This document shows, piece after piece, positions 51,001 to 64,000 of a stretch of 64,000 nucleotides of DNA. Position 1 is the stretch's first letter. Each line of letters begins with the position of its first letter. The translations under genes were made by a program, and so were the position numbers. The notes below the pieces were generated by a model, which made no database searches, had not been told where the DNA came from, and worked only from the letters and a program-made list of their open reading frames with translations. Origin of the DNA: Macrostomum lignano (lineage: Eukaryota); contig NIVC01000543.1 in assembly GCA_002269645.1 (NCBI GenBank), forward strand, positions 434,001 to 498,000, in the 5' to 3' direction.

Positions 51001-53032
51001 TCACTGACACACTGAATAGGTCAATAGGTCTGCTTCGGTCAGCAATCACTGACACACTGAATAGGTCAATAGGTCTGCTTTGGTCAGCCGTCACTGACAC
51101 TGACACACTAAATAGATCAATAGATATACTTGGGTCAGCAATCACTGACACACTAAATAGGTCAATAGGTCGTCTTGGGTCAGCAATCACTGACACACTG
51201 AATAGGTCAATAGGTCTGCTTGGGTCAGCCGTCACTGACACAATAAATAGGTCAATAGGTCTGCTTGGGTCAGCAATCACTGACACAGTAAATAGGTCAA
51301 TAGGTCTGCTTGGGTCAGCACTCAGCAATCACTGACACACTGAATAGGTCAATAGGTCTGCTTGGGTCAGCCGTCACTGACACAATAAATAGGTCAGTAG
51401 GTCTGCTTGGGTCAGCAATCACTGACACACTGAATAGGTCAATAGGTCTGCTTGGGTCAGCAATCACTGACACACTGAATAGGTCAATAGGTCTGCTTGG
51501 GTCAGCAATCACTGACACACTGAATAGGTCAATAGGTCTGCTTGGGTCAGCAGCCAGCAGGTTTACCTGAACCTCAGGCGCATCAAATGGTTTTTTCTTC
51601 TTAGACGATTCGGACAAGCTGCTGCTGAACTGCCACCAGACCTTCAAATACCAGATGGCCCGGTGCACGGGCAGACGATTCTTGAACACCTCCTTGAGTA
51701 TGTCCTCCTTCTTCACTGACAGGGGCACTTTAGCCGACAATTTAGTCAATTGTTCGCCAGATTTGAAATCCTTAAACCACTCTTCAACTTTGCTGGCGGT
51801 CCGGCCGGCCATGGGCAGGGAGATGTCCTTGCTGATGGCGCCGCGCCTCTTGCTGGTGTCCGGCATCACGTTAACGTCCACTTTGCGCTGTACAATCTTC
51901 TTGAATGCGCCCAGCACGTCTTCGCTGGAGCAATTGAAATTTTTGGCTATGGAAGAGTATTCTTCCAGTTTGGTGCCTTTGAATCGATTCTGCAGGATGT
52001 CTTTGAAGCCTTCACGGACATTGACCTACACGGATTAGTGATGCAGTAAATAAGGTACAAGACTGCTCAAGAGTGAGTGTGTTGTAGGAGTGCTCAAGGG
52101 CGATGCTTTGGGAGTGCTCAAGGGCGATGCGTTGGCAGTGCTTCAGAGCGATGCTTTGGGAGTGCTCAAGGGCGATGCTATGGGAGTGCTCAAGGGCGAT
52201 GCTATGGGAGTGCTCAATGGCGATGCTATGGGAGTGCTCAAGGACGATGCTTTTGCAGTGCTCAAGGGCGATGCTATGGGAGTGCTCAAGGACGATGCTT
52301 TGGGAGTGCTCAAGGGCGATGCTTTTGCAGTGCTCAAGGGCGATGCTTTTGCAGTGCTCAAGGGCGATGCTTTTGCAGTGCTCAAGGGCGGTGCTTTGGG
52401 AGTGCTCAAGGGCGATGCTTTGGGAGTGCTCAAGGGCGATGCTTTTGCAGTGCTCAAGGGCGATGCTTTTGCAGTGCTCAAGGGCAATGCTTTTGCAGTG
52501 CTCAAGGGCGATGCTTTTGCAGTGCTCAAGGGCGATGCTTTTGCAGTGCTCAAGGGCGATGCTTTTGCAGTGCTCAAGGGCGATGCTTTTGCAGTGCTCA
52601 AGGGCGATGCTTTTGCAGTGCTCAAGGGCGGTGCTTTGGGAGTGCTCAAGGGCGATGCTTTGGGAGTGCTCAAGGGCGATGCTTTAGAATCATAGAATAC
52701 AAAGACTGCTAAGCCATGAAATACCCGCAAACGGTGGTCACAGATGTACAGCATAAGCTGCAGCCTTCAAGGGCTGTGAAACAGCTTGCACAATGCTGTC
52801 GGGGAGACACTGTGAGAGCTGCAGCTTCTAGCCTGTATTTATTGCAGCAAAGAATTATCAACTAGGATTCATCCCCTGCCAACAAGATGGATCTTGAACC
52901 AACCTGATCCAGTTTATCCTCATCCTGATTGGGCATCTGCGGATAAACCTCGGGCGGGCCAAGAGGCTTTCTCTCCAGCCGGGCCTTCTTCAGCGAGAGC
53001 GTCTCCAAGGAGGGAAACGATGGCATGCTCAT
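38403..53032 (-). CDS. MED12: Mediator subunit 12; exons 52904-53032, 51567-52025, 49767-50444, 48612-49048, 47889-48294, 47184-47350, 45838-46399, 44391-44825, 42787-43782, 40776-41145, 38403-39718 (1984 aa)
   Basis: LGPPEVYPQ..EDKL, LTKLSAKVP..KKED, LLCQWAV..R..HR, LVALFGELI, HIQYLAHFPLP..HEASQRL..LYGVG, ALRLRLSLVG, SPLELIEG, and a Q/H/P-rich C-terminus. All 11 exons join in frame at GT-AG sites. Confidence 0.92.
39790..40640. repeat. ~24-bp minisatellite, MED12 intron 10
   Basis: Unit gtgtcagtgagtgggtcagctgat. Confidence 0.92.
41330..42745. repeat. 31-bp minisatellite, MED12 intron 9, split by the SINE
   Basis: Unit gacacatgggataatacggccagagaacaaa. Confidence 0.9.
41615..41980 (-). mobile_element. 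tRNA-derived SINE in MED12 intron 9
   Basis: Minus strand starts GGGGGCCGTAGCCCAGCGGTAGCGC (A-box-like), has GGCTCGATTCC (B-box-like), and ends in an A-rich tail. The 13-bp sequence aacaaagacacat is duplicated on both sides. Confidence 0.85.
43855..44310. repeat. ~20-22-bp minisatellite, MED12 intron 8
   Basis: Unit ggcggatatggctgttagagag. Confidence 0.88.
44930..45800. repeat. 24-bp minisatellite, MED12 intron 7
   Basis: Unit tgtacagaatgtcactacagattc. Confidence 0.95.
46420..47097. repeat. 24-bp minisatellite, MED12 intron 6 (same family as intron 1)
   Basis: Unit gggagtgctcaatggcgatgattt. Confidence 0.95.
47425..47848. repeat. ~28-bp minisatellite, MED12 intron 5
   Basis: Unit aactgaggatctgggaggctggcccagc. 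Confidence 0.92.
49062..49670. repeat. 23-bp minisatellite, MED12 intron 3
   Basis: Unit aaaatctcatattacagcagccc. Confidence 0.93.
50460..51552. repeat. 45-bp minisatellite filling MED12 intron 2
   Basis: Unit aataggtcaataggtctgcttgggtcagcaatcactgacacactg. Confidence 0.95.
52085..52685. repeat. 24-bp minisatellite, MED12 intron 1
   Basis: Unit gcagtgctcaagggcgatgctttt. Confidence 0.95.
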
Positions 53033-53733
53033 TCACGGGCCGGTGAAATGCCTCAGTGGCCAATTAGCACTGGGAAATTGCAATGTGAGTTAGCACTAGT
53101 GAGTAAAGAGCTCTGAGTATCCTGAGCAAATTTCTATTGCCAACTAAGCAAAAGGCTACATGCAGTCTGGCAACCAGAAATATTATTTCATTATATACAA
53201 ATTCTATTTTAATAGCCCCTTGACTTTTGAGTTTGCTTGAATCGATTTTAAAAATGTCACTAACAGAATATTAACTTTGGATTAACAAACCTACCTTTAA
53301 TTAAACTAAAATTGCTCTTTACCATAAAAAAATATGAGCAAATTTCTTGAAACATATATGGCTGAAACTGGCTGAAATTGCTATTGTAAGAATGGGTAAA
53401 TACCATAGACTATAGGATAATTTCTTATTTAATTGATGCTACAAGTTCTAAATGCTTTTGCTCATAATTGAAAGCACAAAAAATAATAACTGCAAAAAAC
53501 AAACTTAAAAATGTTGAATATTAGCATGTGTAGTTGCTAGGATACAGGAATAGACAATTTTGCACAGTATTAGATAAAAAATTTATATTTTGGGACACCC
53601 AGTAATTATTATATATGGATCAATGGTGTTATAGAATGATTTAAAAAATTAGTGAATTTTTTTAAATACTAGATAGTAAAATATACTATATACTATACTA
53701 TATACTGTAAACTACATACTAATATCTAGTACA

Positions 53734-53964
53734 CAGGGCAGATTTAGGGGGGGCAGTGAGGGGGCTGCTACTCTCCCGTTTTTTAGCTTAATAGAACATA
53801 TTGCACCCTTGAAAACCTAGGTTTGTACCCTTTAAACACATTTTTGCATCTTTAAGTTTGCCTTTTTGGCCTTATACAAATTTTAGGCCCTTTAGCTTAA
53901 AATTTAGTGCCCCAAAACTTGGAACAACCCCCCTCCTTTAAATGAAATTCTAGATCTGCTATTG
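53734..53964. mobile_element. hAT-like MITE
   Basis: Imperfect TIRs CAGGGCAGATTTAG and CTAGATCTGCTATTG; 8-bp flanks ctagtaca and ctagtata (7/8 match). Confidence 0.65.
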
Positions 53965-54292
53965 CTAGTATATGATATTATATTAATGATAAAATATCTT
54001 GATTCTATGTCTAGATATGAGCATATTATTATTAAGATATTAGTCTATTTTTCTATTCTAGTATATATTAAAGAATGTTGACAATAAAGTGGCTTAATTT
54101 AATATCAAATACTTGACACTTCCTTATTTTCCAAAATTTATTATAATATATTATATTTAAGCTTCAAACTTAAACTTAAAAGTATATCTTACTTGGTATT
54201 AACTAACTTTTTTAATCTATGAAATAATCAAATTGACTATATTGTCAAAAGCATAGTAAATATTAAAAAAATCTATCATATAATAGTTTTAG

Positions 54293-54797
54293 CCCATAGT
54301 GTAGATCATGTAGTGCACGCGAGAATTTTCCCGTGTGCATTTTCAAAAGTGGCGTGCACCGGGGTGCGATTAGGTAAGTGGCGTGCATTTGGCATGCATA
54401 ATGCACACTACATAAATACACTGGCGTGCCTGGCATGCGCCGCGTGCCGCGTGCCTGGCACCTGATGTGGCAAAGCTGCCAATGCAATGGTAAGCAGACA
54501 TAAAATATGTATTATTGTATTTAACTTTTGAAAAAAACTATTGTAAATAAACAGTGTATAAGACTGTTAAATAAATTAATGTATGAGAAATACACATTTT
54601 TAAAGATATATCATTTCTTTTGTACATTATTTGTTGCTTTGTTTTACACAATGCAATTTAAAATACGTTTTTTGTCTTCAATTTGAATTTTAATTTATCG
54701 GCGTGCATCGGCGTGCATTCGCTTGTTGTCGGCGTGCTTTTGGGAATTAGCTTTTGGTCGTTTCTTGCGTGCACTTAGCATGATCCACACTATAGGG
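54293..54797. mobile_element. Non-autonomous TIR element (CCC...GGG) with gcgtgc subterminal repeats
   Basis: ~33-bp imperfect TIRs cccatagtgtagatcatgtagtgcacgcgagaa and ttcttgcgtgcacttagcatgatccacactataggg; ttttag on both flanks. Confidence 0.8.
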
Positions 54798-56032
54798 TTT
54801 TAGCAATATACATTCAATGAAAAAGCTAAAATATTACTGTCTAGTAAATAACCAATGGAATCAACAAGCAGTTTGCAATAAATACCTTAATAAATATTTA
54901 TCAATTTGTAATAGCTTTTATTTTGAATGGCCTACTTAGATACCAAATATTCTTTTATTCATAACCACTTTCTATCAAAGTCAATATAATAAAATAAAAA
55001 TATAATAATAGCTATTAAACTTTATTAAATCAAGATATTTTACTAAGATAGACCAAGATAAACAGAGATAGACTATCAACGAAGATAGGGCCTAGATTAA
55101 TGGAAATACTAAAGAAAAAAGAAATAGATAAAGGAAGTTTGTAGAAGCAAACTATAAATATAGTTACTTTTATCAATTAATTATTATCTTTTAATCTATG
55201 TTAGGCCTATTATTAGTACTTTGTTCTATTTTCTATCTTAGTAATTATTCTTTATTAGTAAATCTTGGTTAAGGACCTTGGGTTGATCTATTTTAGTGTA
55301 TCTTAATATTGTTTATTTTTAATAGTCTAAATAATTACACATAATAACTTATTTACTACCTACTCCTGTTTCCAAAATGGTTATTTCTAAACTTATCTAT
55401 CAATATCATTAAAATGGTTGCTACCAAAAATCATTCTTATTGAAATAGAATGGAATAGCATGGAAGGGGTGGGGAGAGTTGTCAGAATGTCAGAGGGAGA
55501 GAGAGAGAGCTACAGTATGGGTAAGTACATTGAGTTTTTAAATCACAACACCTCTTTGCCCCTTTGCCTTTGGCGCGTTCCTTTTGCTTTGCTTTTCCTT
55601 TCGCGCCTGCTTTTGTTTGGTGTTGGGGGCTCCGTTGCCAGGCTCCCTCACCTCGTCTGCTCGCCAGCTCTGTGTCTTATGTGTTCTTTGTTGAGGGGGC
55701 GGTGTGCACTAACATATAAAAATTATTTCGTGGATTTTAAATTGACTCTGGTGCGTGACCCATTTTCTTCGGCCTACGATCAATCCGTAAATATCTTATT
55801 GCCTTGATTTAGGATGTCAATCTTGTAACTTGTAACTAAGAAGTCAGAGAAGAGCGAATGGCAATAGAAAAAGCAGCCACAACTGCCGAATGATGGTACT
55901 GATTTCTCTCTTTCAGAATTTCATGCACCGTAATCATTTTAAAACTGGTATTCAGATATTCACCATTAAATTTTTTCAGGGAAACTGGCCTCCAAAAAGT
56001 ACATGATCCTTGAGTTTACGTCCTGTTATACT

Positions 56033-56204
56033 CAGGCACGGATCCAGAAACTTTTTGAGGGAAGGGCAAGCTGTACCAAGTACTACAGCCCAATATTAGA
56101 AAATAGACCTGGCATATTTGCAGGCCAAAAAAGTATGGCCCAATTTTTTTGGCCGCGGTTGAGGGGGGCATGGCCCTCTTGGCCACCCACTGGATCCGCC
56201 CCTG
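56033..56204. mobile_element. hAT-like MITE
   Basis: TIRs CAGGCACGGATCCAG and CTGGATCCGCCCCTG; 8-bp flanks gttatact and gttataca (7/8 match). Confidence 0.75.
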
Positions 56205-56704
56205 GTTATACAACAATAATCATTGCCCCCGTACTGGACGTACACACTGTTTGGATACCTTAACTTTGAAAATTGCACTTTGAAAATTGCTTTTCGTGCT
56301 CGCAGGCACATCAACTTTAAGCAAACAACTGCCGCACGTACTATATAGGTACATCTAATAATGCGTTTGCCAGTTTAAATGCGTACATACGAGCTACAAT
56401 GTAGTTTACATTAAGGTTGGGAAGTGTTGACAGGACATTATCCTGCACTACAAGTAAAAGCCAAAAGTACATATGTACATGTACATGTGAAAAGCATGTA
56501 TTCAAACTGGAAAATGGAAAAAAGTTCAACTCTCTGCACAATAGCCAACGTAAGCCAATATGCAGTGTAAATTGAAATTGGGCCATTACATCATTAAAAC
56601 ATTTCCTATACAATGTATAGCTGTACATCTATACAAACGTAAATTATGAATGGGTAGCCCATATACGGTCCACTACAGATGCTCAGCTTCTGCAGTTATT
56701 ACAG

Positions 56705-57012
56705 CTTTGGACCTTGTTAATTTTTGTGAAAATCTGTCGCGAATAATGCAATTTATACTACTCACAAACGCCAGTAGTATACTAAATTGAATATCTACTT
56801 TGGATACCTCTTCCAATAGTACAGTTTAATTTGCGTTTTAGAGAATATAAAGTAAGTAGACATTGAAATATAGACATTGAGAGTATATACGAGCGTATGG
56901 TGAGGTATTGCATGTAGAAGTAAATATCCAAGTAGGTATTCAATTTAGTATAGTATTGGGGTTTGTTTTTCGCAACAAAGTTCCTAAAAATGGCACTTAA
57001 CAGGGTCCTAAG
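56705..57012. mobile_element. Degenerate MITE with long imperfect TIRs
   Basis: tatactaaattgaatatctac (~56777) is inverted at ~56931-56952, with outer ggaccttgttaa and ttaacagggtcc. Confidence 0.5.
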
Positions 57013-57068
57013 TACATGTAGTGCAGTTTACCGTATTTGAAAGAAAGTTACAAATGTAAGCCAACTGG

Positions 57069-57388
57069 TGCAACTTCAAGTTTGGTGCTTTTGAATCGAT
57101 TCTGTGGGATGTCTTTGAAGCTATCGCGGAAATTGACCTACAGGGACTAGTGATGCAGTAAATAAGGAACAAGACTGCTTAAAAGTGTTTTGTGGGAGTG
57201 CTGGGTGGGTGATGCTTTGGCAGTGCTAAGTGGCGATGCTTTAGAATCATATGATGGGAAGACTGTCAAGCCATGAAATACCCGCAAACGATGGCCACAG
57301 ATGTACAGCCCAAGCTGCAGCCTTCAAGGGCTGGGTGTACCAGCTTGCACAATGCTGTCGCGGAGACACTGTGAGGGGCTGCAGCTCC
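57069..57388 (-). pseudogene. Diverged duplicate of the MED12 exon 2 5' end plus intron 1, flanked by imperfect direct repeats
   Basis: Aligns by eye to ~51960-52090 plus ~52680-52825 (e.g. ttgaatcgattctg, gatgtctttgaagc, tagtgatgcagtaaataagg, aagccatgaaatacccgcaaacg, aagctgcagccttcaagggctg). Direct repeats lie at 57023-57068 and 57389-57430. Confidence 0.9.
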
Positions 57389-57867
57389 GCAGTTTACCGT
57401 ATTAGAAAGCTATAAATTTAAGCTAACTGGCTAGGAGCATTTTTTATAAGAAGGCAAACGAAGTCTTCCCGATCTCATGACTTATAAAGGTCCTGCTCGA
57501 ATCATTAACGCTTTCTTCATGACACGCAGGAACAGATTCCTCTCGCTCCCCTGAGCTTGCCCCCTTGATTCATGGATTAAATTTCGAAACAAGCCAACCC
57601 AAACGCTTTGAAGTCCCGATGTCAGCTCGCAGGAGAGGCTAAATTGTTGCGTGCGTGATTCAATTCGCTTCGGCGCATTCGGATGCTGTATGATGCACAA
57701 ACATTTCGCTCCAGATGAGCCGCATCAAAGAGTTTTTCAGTAAAGAGCTTTAAGTGAATGGCATTATGCGATAAAGTAGTACAAGAAGCCCACATTCTCC
57801 TCGCTGGGCCTATAAGAAGTTCAGAAGAAATTTCATAGTTGCTTGGCAACTTCTAATAATAATAATA

Positions 57868-63012
<5,145 letters not shown>

Positions 63013-63059
63013 GCCTATCTGTCTGTCTGTCTGTCTCTCTGTCTGTGTGTCTGTCTGCC

Positions 63060-63090
<31 letters not shown>

Positions 63091-63789
63091 GCTCAGCAGC
63101 TGCCCCAGACTGAGGACGCCACTCCATGCCAGCAATTGGGCCAGCTGCTGCAGCCAATGGGAGCGGCACATCAAGCGCAAGCGAGAAGCAGAAAGCAACA
63201 AAGCCAGCTTCCCCAGAAATCGAAGCAGAGATCCCGTGGCTCCTCCCTGAAAAAATCCCCCATTTTCCTTTTAGCTCCCTGAAAGCAACACCTGTAGCTA
63301 CAGGCATCAGAGCACGCGGAATTTCACCGGCGATTTGCTTTAATCACCCGAGGTCAAAGCAACTCGCGCCAAAACAGCTCCAGGAGCTGCTTCAAGGCCG
63401 AGAAGTCAATAATCGGGTCAAGTAATTGATTTTGAATCCGATCGCAGACCGAGCCGAATGCCAGACAGCTGAGATTGCTGAGAACTCCAAACTGAGCGAA
63501 ATTCATTTCCGTCAGCTCGTAGAGACAGCCCGGCAACTGAGCTGCTGCTCGAATGTAAGTCCCAGCGCATCTCCCTAGCAACTAATACTGAAATTGGCAA
63601 GTCTTAGTTTGAATGGAATAAATTCTTGTTTTGGACCCGACTTACCAGATAGCTTGGATTTTTGCTTAAATTTCTAATTTTCAGCTGAAATTGTGAATTT
63701 TATTGTTAGGGAGACAGTTTTTGTTTGCGCTGCGCTTTACAGATTGCAAAAGAGGTTTTGCATAAATTTTTGGTTAATCAGCTATAAGT

Positions 63790-64000
63790 AGACTGCATCT
63801 AATAGGAACGGTAGACTGCATCTAATAGGAACGGTAGACTGCATCTAATAGGAACGGTAGACTGCATCTAATAGGAACGGTAGACTGCATCTAATAGGAA
63901 CGGTAGACTGCATCTAATAGGAACGGTAGACTGCATCTAATAGGAACGGTAGACTGCATCTAATAGGAACGGTAGACTGCATCTAATAGGAACGGTAGAC
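63790..64000. repeat. 23-bp minisatellite running off the window end
   Basis: Unit tagactgcatctaataggaacgg. Confidence 0.92.

Noticed and set aside
55418-55807. 129-aa plus-strand ORF upstream of MED12
   Set aside because: Non-ATG start, low-complexity composition and no motif.

Overview
Eukaryotic (metazoan) genomic DNA with GC-rich exons, GT-AG introns and a tandem repeat in almost every intron. The style resembles the free-living flatworm Macrostomum, but this is inference only. Seven housekeeping genes lie head-to-tail on the minus strand: MED12 (11 exons), PRIM1 (2 exons, apparent 1-nt frameshift), WDR36/UTP21 (6), BORCS5 (2), EEFSEC (5), ERCC4/XPF (7) and NAGS (2 exons visible, 3' end off-window). 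One small orphan ORF lies on the plus strand. Mobile DNA includes a decayed mariner, a tRNA-derived SINE, several hAT-like, TA-target and CCC...GGG MITEs (some nested) and a ~5 kb inverted-repeat structure. Most notable: (1) an operon-like layout in which XPF has no genomic start codon but a splice acceptor that would be in frame with a spliced-leader AUG; (2) a duplicated MED12 exon 2/intron 1 fragment carrying a ~2-3 unit version of an intronic minisatellite that also occurs in intron 6; (3) intron-private minisatellites, some with higher-order structure. Most long ORFs in the supplied track are repeat artefacts. Gene identities come from recalled protein motifs, not database searches.
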